From contig CAVYRF010000002.1 in NCBI GenBank assembly GCA_963770895.1, positions 4,288,001-4,352,000 of the forward strand: a stretch of DNA of 64,000 nucleotides. Direction: 5' to 3'. This DNA is from an uncultured Acidobacteriota bacterium (lineage in GTDB: Bacteria; Acidobacteriota; Thermoanaerobaculia; Multivoradales; UBA5704). Positions within the stretch are counted from its first letter, which is position 1. The number at the start of each line of letters is the position of its first letter. A program made the translations under genes and the position numbers. The notes below the pieces were generated by a model. That model did not search any database. It was not told the origin of the DNA and was given only the letters and a program-made list of their open reading frames with translations. Below, piece after piece: positions 17,628 through 27,061 of the stretch.

Positions 17628-19325
17628 TCAGCCGCGCAGTGCCAGCGAGGGGTCTGGTGTGGGCTGGGCGGTGTGGGCGGCGGTTTGCTGGTCGGATTCG
17701 ATTCTGCCGTAGTCGAGCTTGAGGATGCGGTCGGCGACGTGGAAGTAGTGGTCGTCGTGGCTGATGACGAAGACGGTCTTGCCGCGTTGCTTGAGCTCGG
17801 GGAGGATCTCCAGGTAGAAGATGGCCTTGAAGACGGGGTCCTGGTCGGCGGCCCATTCGTCGAACAGGTAGATGGGACGGTCTTCCAGGTAGGCGGTGAG
17901 CAGGGCGAGGCGTTTGCGCTGACCTTGGGAGAGGTCGATGGTGGAGAGGGTGCCGTGGGTGATCTGGACCTTGCGGTCCAGCTTCAGGCGCTGCAGGTAG
18001 CGGTGGGCCTGCTGGTCCAGCTCGCCGCCGGCGGCGGCCAGGCCGAAGAGCTGATCGAAGAGGAAGAAATCGGCGAAGACGACGGACCAGAGCTCGCGGT
18101 AGTCCTCCAGGTCCTGGGCGCGCACGGGGCGCCCGTCCAGGCGGATCTCGCCGGCTTCGGGGACGTAGAGACCGACCAGGAGCTTTGCCAGGGTGGTCTT
18201 GCCGCTGCCGTTGCCGCCGACCAGGAAGATGGTTTCGCCGCGCTCGAAAACGGCGTCGATCGAGCCGAGCTGGAAGGTCTCTGCCTCGTTTTCCTTGTAG
18301 TAGGTGTGGCGGATGCCGGACAGCTCCAGCTGCCGCCAGGGGCGCGGGGGCGCGGATTGCGGCGCGACGCCTTCGCTTTGCAGGGAGAACCCCAGGTCTT
18401 CGACGGTCTTGGTGGCGATGCTGGCGCGCGAAAAGAAGGGCAGGGTGGTGAGGACGACTTCCAGGGTGGCCAGGATCTGGAACAGCACGATCGTGTAGCT
18501 GAGCAGGATCTTGCGATCGACGTGCTGGATCTGCGGCAGGAGCAGGACCAGGAAGCCCAGGACGATGAAGAACAGCACCTGGCCCATGCTGGCGCCGGCG
18601 GCGAGCAGCACGGAGCCCTTGCGGTATTCGGTCTGGTACAGGTCGGTGCTGGCGTGCACGGCCTCCAGGAAGGAGGCGCGCCGCGCGCGGTGCATCTTGA
18701 GTTCCTTGGTGCCTTCGGTGATGGCGCGGACCTGGCCGGTGATTTCGTCGAGCCGCAGCCGGGACAGCTGGTAATACCGCAGCGCCTTGATCAGCGGCAG
18801 CTGGTAGGCCAGGATGCCGATGACGATGAACACCAGCACTTCGAGCAGCATGGTGATCGACAGCCAGCCGAGGTAGCCGAGGCAGCTTGCCAGGACCGCA
18901 AGGTTCATGCAGAGCAAAGGCACCGAGCCGATCGAGTCGATGATCAGGGTGATGTCGTTGGTGAGCGTGGTCAGGAGGCGGGGAGCGCCCAGGGTTTCCA
19001 GCTGCTTGAGCGGCGCGGCCAGGACCTGCCCGGAGAGGCGTACGCGCAGCGACAGCAGCGCCTTTTGCGACAGGTGGAGCAGGAATACCTGCGACACGAA
19101 GCGGCAGATGGGCAGCGCCACGCACAGGCCCACGAAGGTGGCGACCAGGAGCGGGGGAGTGTTGCCGGTGCGGTTGAGGATGCTGGCGGTCAGGGCGATC
19201 AGGCCGGTGCTGGCCACGCCGCCGGCGATGCCCGCAAGGGTGATGAAGGTGAGCGCCCACTGCGCGTGCGGGATGCCCTTGCAGAGCCTTATCAGGAACG
19301 AGACTAAACGGAGGAGTTCGCGCAT
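17628..19325 (-). CDS. Cyclic-peptide export ABC transporter (SyrD/PvdE/YojI family)
   Basis: TM region then GTKELKMHR, Walker A GGNGSGKTT, signature LSQGQRKRLAL, FDEWAADQDP, ISHDD. Likely start MRELLRL at 19325. No C39 peptidase domain seen. Confidence 0.92.
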   Translation of the reverse strand: MRELLRLVSFLIRLCKGIPHAQWALTFITLAGIAGGVASTGLIALTASILNRTGNTPPLLVATFVGLCVALPICRFVSQVFLLHLSQKALLSLRVRLSGQVLAAPLKQLETLGAPRLLTTLTNDITLIIDSIGSVPLLCMNLAVLASCLGYLGWLSITMLLEVLVFIVIGILAYQLPLIKALRYYQLSRLRLDEITGQVRAITEGTKELKMHRARRASFLEAVHASTDLYQTEYRKGSVLLAAGASMGQVLFFIVLGFLVLLLPQIQHVDRKILLSYTIVLFQILATLEVVLTTLPFFSRASIATKTVEDLGFSLQSEGVAPQSAPPRPWRQLELSGIRHTYYKENEAETFQLGSIDAVFERGETIFLVGGNGSGKTTLAKLLVGLYVPEAGEIRLDGRPVRAQDLEDYRELWSVVFADFFLFDQLFGLAAAGGELDQQAHRYLQRLKLDRKVQITHGTLSTIDLSQGQRKRLALLTAYLEDRPIYLFDEWAADQDPVFKAIFYLEILPELKQRGKTVFVISHDDHYFHVADRILKLDYGRIESDQQTAAHTAQPTPDPSLALRG

Positions 19326-19398
19326 GGTTGAGTCGCTGGGTCGGGGACCGTCGATAGGTCTTGTGCGGTGAAGGCCCCGCGACGTGACCAAGGCGCGG

Positions 19399-19431
19399 CA
19401 TGCCGGCGCGGGCTGCTGCCGCGCCGGCATG
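19399..19431 (-). terminator. 13-bp perfect stem-loop between lanA and the exporter
   Basis: CATGCCGGCGCGG-gctgctg-CCGCGCCGGCATG. Confidence 0.55.
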
Positions 19432-19446
19432 GACCAGCGATTTCGC

Positions 19447-19653
19447 TTAGTAGCAGTTGTAGGGCGGACAGGGCGAGCAGATCGCCGAGCCGCCGTTGGT
19501 GTACTTGATGACACCCGCGGCGACGCGCTCCAGGCCGGCGTCGACGGTGATGAGGGCCGCCGGATTGGCCGGCAGGCTGGCGCGCTCGGCGGCGGAAAGG
19601 CTCAGGTAGTAGTCTTCGTCTCTCCAGGCGCGGGCGATGTCGAGTTTCTTCAT
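19447..19653 (-). CDS. lanA: Class II lanthipeptide precursor (mersacidin/lichenicidin-type leader), 68 aa
   Basis: RBS GAGGAG; leader DIARAWRDEDYYLSLS...LPANPA; putative core after VAAG is VIKYTNGGSAICSPCPPYNCY; directly downstream of lanM. Confidence 0.9.
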   Translation of the reverse strand: MKKLDIARAWRDEDYYLSLSAAERASLPANPAALITVDAGLERVAAGVIKYTNGGSAICSPCPPYNCY

Positions 19654-19672
19654 GGAATTCTCCTCACAAACC

Positions 19673-19693
19673 GGCGCGGGACCATCCCGCGCC
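19673..19693 (-). promoter_or_regulatory. 9-bp hairpin between the lanM stop and the lanA RBS
   Basis: GGCGCGGGA-cca-TCCCGCGCC on the + strand. Confidence 0.45.
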
Positions 19694-19701
19694 AAAACCT
19701 T

Positions 19702-22700
19702 TCAAGACTCTGGCGGCGGTGCCAGGCGCACCACCGCGGGCACTCGGTGCGGCGCGGCGACTCGCAGCAGGCCGTGGCCGATGCCCGCCAGGCCGATCAT
19801 CAAGCCCGGCGCTTCGGCGGCGACGGCGATGCCCAGGCGCCAGCCGTGGCGGCGGATGTCGGCCAGGATGCCGCCGGCCAGGCGCCCGGCGCGCGCGGCG
19901 AGGTCCGGGTCGTCCAGCACGGTTGCCGCAAGGGTGAGCGCCTCCAGGTTGCCCAGATCGCCGTGGCAGAGGCTGTGGCCTTTGCCGAAGCCGCCGGCGA
20001 GGGTGGTGCGGAGGGCGGCCTGGGCCTCCGTACGGGCGAGCGCCAGGTCGTCGCCGGACAGGCGGCGCAAGCTGTCGAGGCGGCCCAGGGCGATGCCGGG
20101 GGCGCCGTGGCACCAGGCGCACATGAAATGCGGCTGGCCGGGCACGACCTCGGCGCCGGCGCGCAGGTCCGGCCAGTTGCCCAGCTCGGCTGCATAGAGC
20201 GACCGCTCGTAGTCCAGGGCTGCCAGGGCGGCGTCGCGGTAGCGCGCGGCACCGGTGGCTTCGGCGAGCTGCAGCAGCGCCCACGAGATGCCCGCCGCGC
20301 CGTGCGCGAAGCCGGCGAGCGGCCGCGGACCGGCCAGCGGAATGATCCACCCCAGGCCGCGCTCCATCGGCTGGGCGAGCTCCAGGAGCCGGTCGCCGCA
20401 CTGCACGGCGAGCTGCAGCAGCCAATGGGCGCCGCGCGTGCGCCACAGCCCCAGCAGGCAGACCAGGCAGCCCGCGGCGCCCGCCACCACGTCCCCATGC
20501 GGGTCGCGGGCGATTTCGGGCGCCAGGCGCAGGGCGCAGGCTTCGGCCTGGTCGAGCAGAGCCGCGTCGTCCCAGAGGGCGGCCAGGTGGGTCAGGGTGT
20601 AGAGCACGCCGCCCCAGCCGGCAAAGGCCCCGATCGAGCTGAGGAGCGTCGACGTCGGGGCCGCCTGCTCGAGCATCGTCACGGTGGCGGCGCGGGCCAG
20701 GTCGGCGGCCCAGGCTTCGCCGGTGACAGCACCCAGGTAGCCCAGGAACAGCGCGATTCCTGGGGAGCCGAGATACAGGTCGGGGCCCGCCGGGGCGAGC
20801 ATCGATTTGAGGGCGTTGGCCTGCGGTTCGGGGCCGAACCACACCGCGCCGCGGCCGCGGCGGAACGCCAGCGCCTCCAGGCGGCGCCCCACGGCCAGCG
20901 CCGCGACGAGCAGCTGGTCCGCCGCCGGGGAGCTGGCCGCCGCGACCAGCTGGTAGTCCGACGGCGGCGCCGGGACCGCCGCGGCGCCGGCGAGCGAGTT
21001 GCGGACGATCCAGACCTGCCGCGCGACGTCGGCGTCGTCGAGCCGCCGCAGGCGGTCGCCGACGGCGTCGAGGCCGCTGCGGTCGAGCACGTCCGTCAGT
21101 ATTTCGCCGTCGCTGGTCTGCACGTCGCGGCTGTCGGGCCACGTGGTGAACATGGGGATGTCGCCGTGCTGCAGGTCGCGGTGCTCGGCCGGGACCAGCC
21201 GTTCGAGCTCCGGGTAGTCGCCGGCGATCGTCCACAGCCGGTCGAGCAGGCGGTCCCGCTCCAGGCCGTCGCCCAGGACGAATGGGTGGTGGCTGTCGGC
21301 GAGCAGGGTGCCGTACGCCATGGTGAGGCGCACCAGGACGCGGACCGGGTGGTGGGCAAAGGCGGCGAGCGGTCCGTCCGGGGCGAGCAGCTGGTCGCGG
21401 TGCCGCGCGAGCAGGCGCAGCATGCGCTCGCAGCCTTGCGCCACCGCATCGACGTACGGCGCGAGCGGCACGTCGGCGCCGCCGAGCGTCGGTCGGTGCT
21501 CGCCGCCGACGGGCGCCTCCAGGTGCTGGTGCAGGAATCGCATCCGGTCGGTTCCCGCGTCCGTCACCCGCAGGATCGGCTGCGGTATGACCTGTCCCGC
21601 GGTCGCCGCCAGGCCGCTCAGGTCGATGCCGTCCTGGTCGCCCTTGCCGCCCCAGGACGCATCGGGCAGCAGGCCCACGCGCAGCACCGTGTCGGGCAGC
21701 GGCGTCTGCGGCGGGGTGGCGTGGCCCCAGGTTTGATCCAAGGGGTGGAACAGCGCTTCGAGGTCCACCAGGAACGGATGCTCGCCGGCCGCGATCAGGT
21801 TTTCGTGGTGCATGTCGGTCGCGGACAGCAGGTAGAGCAGCGCCAGGTACCCTCCCTGGCGCTGGTAGAAGCGCTCGACCTGCGCGGCGTCGGCGCAGGG
21901 GTGCGCCGTCACCACCGCCGCCCAGCCGTGGTCGCCGGCGTCGAGCACCGGCAGGAGCTGCCAGCCGGGGGCGAAGCCGTGCCGTTCGGTCCAGGCAAGC
22001 AGCTGCTGAAAGGTCGCTTCGACCGCCATCGAGCGCGGCTTGTAGATGAGCTCGACGCCTGAGTCGAAGCGCAACCGCGTCACCGACCGGCCGCCGCGGT
22101 GCAGGTCGCCCAGCCCGGTGCGCACCTCGACCAGCGTGCCCAGGTCCTGCCGGCCGGCGACCAGGACGCCCAGGCGCGGCGCGTCGGCGACCAGGTGCGC
22201 GCAGAGCTCGGCGCCGGCGTCCACCCATCGCCCGATGCATTCGACCGCCTGGCGCGCCGCCACCGGATATTGGCGCAGCAGCGCCAGCGCCACGCCGGGT
22301 TCGCGCAACCAGGCGACGAAGCTGGCGTAGCGATCTTCGGCAGTGTCGCCGGTCAGCCGGTTGTCCTGGGCGGCCAGGTGGAGCTCCACGGCGAGCGTCC
22401 GCTTGAGCAGGAAGAGCAGGCGGGGCCCGATGGCGCCGGCAAGCGAGGCAGCCGCCTGGCCGGGCTCGAACAGGCGCGTGCCCGAGGCGGCGGCGAGCGC
22501 CCGCAGCTGCTCCGTCAGGCGCGAAAAACCGCGGTCCAGCAGGGGCCGCACCAGCTCCAGCAGGGTCCCCTGGTGATCCGGCGTCAGCGCGGCGGCGGGG
22601 AACGGCGCGGTGGGCGCCGTGGTAAAGGCCGCCGCCAGCTCCTGCAGCCAGGCCGGAGGGCGTGCGGCGCCGGCGCGCGACGCCAGGGAGTCCGGGGTTT

Positions 22701-22953
22701 CGCCAAGCAGCGCCAGCAGATCGGCGAGATCCATACCCTCGCGCGCCAGGCGCCGCCGGAACACGCCGTCGCGCGGACTCTGCGCCTGCCAGCGGGCGAG
22801 GATGCGTGCCGCCCGATCTGCATCCGGAGGGGCCGCGGGCGGCACGCCGGCCGCCCGTCCGGCCGCCGCGCGCTCGCTCAGCGTCAGGGCTTTGTACCAA
22901 TCGGCGGCGGCCAGGATGTCGCCAGGGTCCATCAGCTCCGCCGTCGATTCCAT
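19702..22953 (-). CDS. lanM: Class II lanthipeptide synthetase LanM
   Basis: Dehydratase motifs GDLHRGGRSV, IYKPRS, TDMHHENLIA, VDLEALF, VRVLVRLT, DIPMF; cyclase motifs GFAHGAAGI, WCHGAPG, LCHGDLG. Start ATG 22953 preferred over 22992. Confidence 0.95.
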   Translation of the reverse strand: MESTAELMDPGDILAAADWYKALTLSERAAAGRAAGVPPAAPPDADRAARILARWQAQSPRDGVFRRRLAREGMDLADLLALLGETPDSLASRAGAARPPAWLQELAAAFTTAPTAPFPAAALTPDHQGTLLELVRPLLDRGFSRLTEQLRALAAASGTRLFEPGQAAASLAGAIGPRLLFLLKRTLAVELHLAAQDNRLTGDTAEDRYASFVAWLREPGVALALLRQYPVAARQAVECIGRWVDAGAELCAHLVADAPRLGVLVAGRQDLGTLVEVRTGLGDLHRGGRSVTRLRFDSGVELIYKPRSMAVEATFQQLLAWTERHGFAPGWQLLPVLDAGDHGWAAVVTAHPCADAAQVERFYQRQGGYLALLYLLSATDMHHENLIAAGEHPFLVDLEALFHPLDQTWGHATPPQTPLPDTVLRVGLLPDASWGGKGDQDGIDLSGLAATAGQVIPQPILRVTDAGTDRMRFLHQHLEAPVGGEHRPTLGGADVPLAPYVDAVAQGCERMLRLLARHRDQLLAPDGPLAAFAHHPVRVLVRLTMAYGTLLADSHHPFVLGDGLERDRLLDRLWTIAGDYPELERLVPAEHRDLQHGDIPMFTTWPDSRDVQTSDGEILTDVLDRSGLDAVGDRLRRLDDADVARQVWIVRNSLAGAAAVPAPPSDYQLVAAASSPAADQLLVAALAVGRRLEALAFRRGRGAVWFGPEPQANALKSMLAPAGPDLYLGSPGIALFLGYLGAVTGEAWAADLARAATVTMLEQAAPTSTLLSSIGAFAGWGGVLYTLTHLAALWDDAALLDQAEACALRLAPEIARDPHGDVVAGAAGCLVCLLGLWRTRGAHWLLQLAVQCGDRLLELAQPMERGLGWIIPLAGPRPLAGFAHGAAGISWALLQLAEATGAARYRDAALAALDYERSLYAAELGNWPDLRAGAEVVPGQPHFMCAWCHGAPGIALGRLDSLRRLSGDDLALARTEAQAALRTTLAGGFGKGHSLCHGDLGNLEALTLAATVLDDPDLAARAGRLAGGILADIRRHGWRLGIAVAAEAPGLMIGLAGIGHGLLRVAAPHRVPAVVRLAPPPES

Positions 22954-23066
22954 CGCGAAACTTCTTATATTCTTTTCATTTCCATTCGACAATACGATGT
23001 AGTCCTATCTGTTTTCGCGGCGAGCTCTTGTCCCGCATCCTGGCCCAGGCGTCACCCATACACTAG
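22954..23066. promoter_or_regulatory. AT-rich divergent promoter region (lanM leftward, NRPS cassette rightward)
   Basis: AAACTTCTTATATTCTTTTCATTTCC tract in GC-rich DNA between divergent genes; no boxes assigned. Confidence 0.5.
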
Positions 23067-24701
23067 GTGGAACGCTTGGCGAATTTGAGCACGCCGCAGG
23101 TCGGCGATCCCGCGCCGCGGGGACAGGGCGGGACCTTGGCGGCAGCCCGTTCGGGACCGGACCTGGTGCGCTGGCTGGCGCGCGATGCGGCGGTGCGCCA
23201 GGGCGTGATCACCGACGGACGGCACAGCGTTTCGTACGCCGAGACCGCGCTGCTGCTCGAGGAGCTGGACGGGCACTTCGCGCGCGGCGGCGTGACCAGG
23301 CGCCAGCCTCTGGCGCTCGAATGCTCGCAGACGGTGGCCGGGGCGCTGGCGATCCTGTATGTGCTGAGCAGGGAATACGACGTGGTGCTGCTGCCGGAGC
23401 TGGAGGAGACGGCGAAGGAGGCAGGGACTCCCCGTTTCATACCCAGCTTCTGCAAGCATGTCGTCACCGCCCGGTCGGCCGTGGCGCAGACGGTCGACTC
23501 TCCGCTTGCCTGCATCGCCGTCGCGGTCAACCAGGCGTTCGCCGCGGAGCCGGTGGTGACGGCCTTCGCCGGCCCGGATCTGTATCTGCGGACCTCGGGC
23601 AGCACCGGCATTCCCAAGCTGGCCAGGATGTCGCACCAGAAGTGGCTCGACAACGCGATGGCGTGCGTGGAGCGGTGGCAGCTCAGCGCCGCCGATCGCC
23701 TGGCGGTGCCGGTGCCGATCTTCCACAGCTACGGTTTCGGCGCCGCGTTCCTGCCCGGTCTGCTGGCCGGGGCGGCGATGGACCTGGGGTCGGGCGGCAA
23801 CATCCTGCGCTACCTGCAGCGCGAGGAGCGCTTTGCGCCGACCGTGGGGTTCCTGACGCCGGCCCTATGCGACATGTTCCTGACGGTGCGCAAGTCGCCG
23901 CGCCGGTACCGGCTTTCGGTCACCGCGGGCGACAAGATCAAGCGCGAGACGACGGCGCGATTCGAGCCGCTGTTCGGGCCGCTGCTCAATCTTTACGGCA
24001 GTGCCGAAATGGGAGCGGTTTCGGCGCCGGCGGCGGCCGATCCGCCGGCGGCGCGGCTGGGCACGGCGGGCTACCCGCTGGGCTCGATCGAGCTGCGCCT
24101 GACCGACGCGGGAGAGGCGGCCGGCGCGGGGGAGGAGCCCGGCGGCGCCGATGCGCCGGGCGGAGATCGCGTCGGGTTGCTGCAGTGCCGCCAGCGGTAC
24201 GGCTTTGCCGGCTACCTGGCCTGGCAGGACGGCTGGCGCTTCGAGCCTCACGGCGACGACCAGTGGTTCACCACCGGGGACCTGGCGAAGATTCGCGCCG
24301 ACGGCTACCTGGAGATCCTCGGCCGCTCCGGGTTGAGCGTCAAGCGGGACGGCCTGCTGGTGCTGTTCGCCGACGTCGAGACGGCGATGGAGAAGGTGCC
24401 CGGCGTCGAGCGGGCGGTGCTGGTGGCCGTGGGCGAGAGCCGCCGCGGCAGCCGGCTGGTCGGGGTCTGCCTGGCGCGCCCGCCGGCCCAGGCGCCGCAG
24501 CCGGAAGCCGTGCGCCGCAAGTGTGTCGAGCTGCTGCCGCGCTACGCGGTGCCCGACGCGGTGATCGTCGTTGCGTCGCTGCCGCAGCTGCCGAGCGGCA
24601 AGATCGATCGCCGTGCGATCCGCGAGCAGGTCGTCCAGGCGCAGGCGAGCGCGTCGCCGGCGCCGGCTGGCGATCGAAAGAAAGATGGATCGACGTCTTG
24701 A
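23067..24701 (+). CDS. Stand-alone adenylate-forming enzyme (acyl-AMP/CoA ligase family)
   Basis: RTSGSTGIPK, PIFHSYG, NLYGSAE, FTTGDL, LPSGKIDR. Start uncertain. Confidence 0.88.
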   Translation: MERLANLSTPQVGDPAPRGQGGTLAAARSGPDLVRWLARDAAVRQGVITDGRHSVSYAETALLLEELDGHFARGGVTRRQPLALECSQTVAGALAILYVLSREYDVVLLPELEETAKEAGTPRFIPSFCKHVVTARSAVAQTVDSPLACIAVAVNQAFAAEPVVTAFAGPDLYLRTSGSTGIPKLARMSHQKWLDNAMACVERWQLSAADRLAVPVPIFHSYGFGAAFLPGLLAGAAMDLGSGGNILRYLQREERFAPTVGFLTPALCDMFLTVRKSPRRYRLSVTAGDKIKRETTARFEPLFGPLLNLYGSAEMGAVSAPAAADPPAARLGTAGYPLGSIELRLTDAGEAAGAGEEPGGADAPGGDRVGLLQCRQRYGFAGYLAWQDGWRFEPHGDDQWFTTGDLAKIRADGYLEILGRSGLSVKRDGLLVLFADVETAMEKVPGVERAVLVAVGESRRGSRLVGVCLARPPAQAPQPEAVRRKCVELLPRYAVPDAVIVVASLPQLPSGKIDRRAIREQVVQAQASASPAPAGDRKKDGSTS

Positions 24702-24728
24702 GCGACCTCAAGGCGCGCCGGAGGCATC

Positions 24729-26108
24729 ATGGGATTGATTGAATCGGCAACACCCACCCGCCGCGGCGGCGCGGCGGGTCACCAAGGCGCTGGCCTTGCA
24801 ATCAAGGGCGGCGTGCCGGTGGTGGCGCCGGGACAGATCGACGAGCAGTGGCCGGTGGTCAGCGAGGAAGACATCGCGGCGGTCACCGCCACCCTGCGCT
24901 CGGGCAAGCTCACCTGGGTCAACAACGAAACGGTGGCGGCGCTGGAGCGGGAGTGGGCGGCCTACGTCGGATCCCGCCACTGCATCGCCTTCAACAGCGG
25001 CACGTCCGCCCTGCACGGCGCGGTGGCGGCGGCCGGCGTCGAGCCGGGGGACGAGGTGGTGGTGCCGGCGTTCACCTTCATGGCTTCGGCCGCCGCGGTG
25101 GTCCATCACCAGGGGCTGCCGGTGTTCGTCGACGTCGACCCCCGCACGTTCACCCTGGATCCGGCGCTGCTCGCCGAGAAGATCACCGATCGGACGCGGG
25201 CGATCATGGCCGTCCACCTGAGCGGCCTGCCCGCCGCCATGGACGAGATCCTGGCCATCGCGCGGCCGCGCGGCATCAAGGTGATCGAAGATCTGTCGCA
25301 GGCTGCCGGAGCGATTTACAAGGGGCGAAAAGTCGGGTCGATCGGCGACGTCGGCGCCTGCAGCATCATGGCGGGAAAGAACCTGCCGACCGCCGGCGAG
25401 GGCGGCCTGCTGACCACCGACGATGCCGATCTGCGCAATCGCGCCGATCAGCTGAAGATGTTCGGCGAACGGGTCACCGACTCCGGCCGGCGCGAGTTCA
25501 ACGTCGCCACCTACTCGTGGAACTACCGCTTCAGCTCGATCCTGGCGGCCTTCACGTCGAGCCAGCTGCGGCGCCTGGACGACAACACCTTGCGGGTGCA
25601 GGAGGGGGCGCGCTACCTGGCCGACGGGATGTCCGAGATCCCCGGCCTGCTGCCGCCCCTGGTGCCCGCGGGGAGCACGCACGCGTATCACCACTTCCGC
25701 TTCCGGGTCGATCCGCAGGCCGCCGGCATCGACCTGCCGGCCGGCCGGTTCCGCAAGGCGCTGCAGGATTTGGTCAGCGCGGAAGGGGTGCCGCTCAAGC
25801 AGTATCAGAACCGGCCGGTGCCCGGCCAGTGGATGTTCCAGGAGACGCGCGGCTGTCCCTTCGACTGCGATCACGCCAGCCACAAGGTGCGCTACGACAT
25901 CCACGACTATCCGCGCACCCTGGACGCCATCCGCAGCTCGCTGGTGATCGGCAATCGCCTGTGCATGGCGACTTTCTTCGAACGCCGCAACCTGGACCTG
26001 TACCTGGACGCCTTGCACAAGGTTTTCAGCCATCGCGACGAGCTGGTCGCCTACGGCCGTGCGCTCGAGTACCAGGAACCGTGGGAGGAGGACCTCCGGG
26101 TCGCCTGA
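24729..26108 (+). CDS. DegT/DnrJ/EryC1/StrS-family PLP aminotransferase
   Basis: NSGTSALH, GDEVVVPAFTFMAS, AIMAVHLSG, IEDLSQA, GKNLPTAGEGG (PLP Lys), WNYR. Confidence 0.92.
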   Translation: MGLIESATPTRRGGAAGHQGAGLAIKGGVPVVAPGQIDEQWPVVSEEDIAAVTATLRSGKLTWVNNETVAALEREWAAYVGSRHCIAFNSGTSALHGAVAAAGVEPGDEVVVPAFTFMASAAAVVHHQGLPVFVDVDPRTFTLDPALLAEKITDRTRAIMAVHLSGLPAAMDEILAIARPRGIKVIEDLSQAAGAIYKGRKVGSIGDVGACSIMAGKNLPTAGEGGLLTTDDADLRNRADQLKMFGERVTDSGRREFNVATYSWNYRFSSILAAFTSSQLRRLDDNTLRVQEGARYLADGMSEIPGLLPPLVPAGSTHAYHHFRFRVDPQAAGIDLPAGRFRKALQDLVSAEGVPLKQYQNRPVPGQWMFQETRGCPFDCDHASHKVRYDIHDYPRTLDAIRSSLVIGNRLCMATFFERRNLDLYLDALHKVFSHRDELVAYGRALEYQEPWEEDLRVA

Positions 26109-26137
26109 CCGTGCCGGACCCGAGAGGACACGACGAC

Positions 26138-27061
26138 ATGGGAGATACCGCCGCCATCGCCACCGCCACCGCCACCGCCACCGCCGCGGGCCAGGACGCC
26201 GCTGCCGGCGAACGCCTGGCGGACCTCGCCGCCCTCGCCGCCCTCAAATCCGCCGCCGACACCCTGCGCCGCCACATCGTCAACATGGCGGCGGATTCCG
26301 GCGCCCACGTCGGCGGTTCCATGTCGGTGGTCGAGATCCTTGCGGTGCTGTATTTCGACGGCGTGCTGCGGGTCGATCCGGCGCAGCCCCAGGCCGGCGG
26401 ACGCGACTACCTGATCTTCAGTAAAGGACATGCCAGCTCGGCGCTGTACGCCGCGCTGGCCGAGCGCGGCTTCTTCCCGGCGTCCGAGCTCGCCTCCTAC
26501 AAACAGATGGGGAGCCACCTGGCCGGCCATCCGTCCAAGAGCATCCCCGGCGTCGAGCTGGCGACCGGTTCGCTGGGTCATGGCCTGGCGGTGGGCAACG
26601 GCATCGCGCTGGCAGGCAAGCACGACGGCGGCGCCCATCGCGTCTTCGTGGTGATGGGCGACGGCGAATGCCAGGAGGGCGTGGTCTGGGAGGCGGCGAT
26701 GGCCGCGGCGCACTACCGGCTGGACAACCTGGTCGCGATCGTCGACCGCAACGGCGTGCAGGAGGACGGCCCGACGGAAACGATCATGTCCCTGGAGCCG
26801 TTCGCCGAGAAGTGGCGCGCCTTCGGTTGGGAAGTGCGGGAGGTGGACGGTCACGACGTGGCCGCGCTGTCCCGCGAGCTGCACGCGGTGCCGTTCGCGG
26901 CGGGCAAGCCGTCGCTGCTGCTCGCCCGCACGGTCAAGGGCAAGGGGCTGTCGTTCGCCGAGAACACCCATACCTGGCACTACGGCAAGCTGAGCTCGGC
27001 GCAGCGGGACCAGGCGCTCGCCGAGATCGCGGCCAGCCGCGCCGGCGAAGGCGGGGCATGA
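26138..27061 (+). CDS. Transketolase N-terminal (ThDP-binding) subunit
   Basis: HVGGSMS, FSKGHAS, LAGHP, TGSLGHGL, GDGECQEG..WEA...VDRN, TVKGKG, WH; ATG 26138 with GAGGA upstream. Confidence 0.92.
   Translation: MGDTAAIATATATATAAGQDAAAGERLADLAALAALKSAADTLRRHIVNMAADSGAHVGGSMSVVEILAVLYFDGVLRVDPAQPQAGGRDYLIFSKGHASSALYAALAERGFFPASELASYKQMGSHLAGHPSKSIPGVELATGSLGHGLAVGNGIALAGKHDGGAHRVFVVMGDGECQEGVVWEAAMAAAHYRLDNLVAIVDRNGVQEDGPTETIMSLEPFAEKWRAFGWEVREVDGHDVAALSRELHAVPFAAGKPSLLLARTVKGKGLSFAENTHTWHYGKLSSAQRDQALAEIAASRAGEGGA

Noticed and set aside
19384-23088. Long overlapping ORFs across lanM (892 aa +, 1078 aa -, 329 aa +)
   Set aside because: Alternate-frame or antisense artefacts without motifs; the LanM frame explains the region.
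26159-26182. GCCACC x4 repeat as a phase-variation switch
   Set aside because: The unit is a multiple of 3 in a low-complexity N-terminal tail, so slippage would not shift the frame.
24848-27061. 737-aa ORF as one protein
   Set aside because: The first 430 codons are an off-frame overlap with the aminotransferase; the transketolase starts at 26138.
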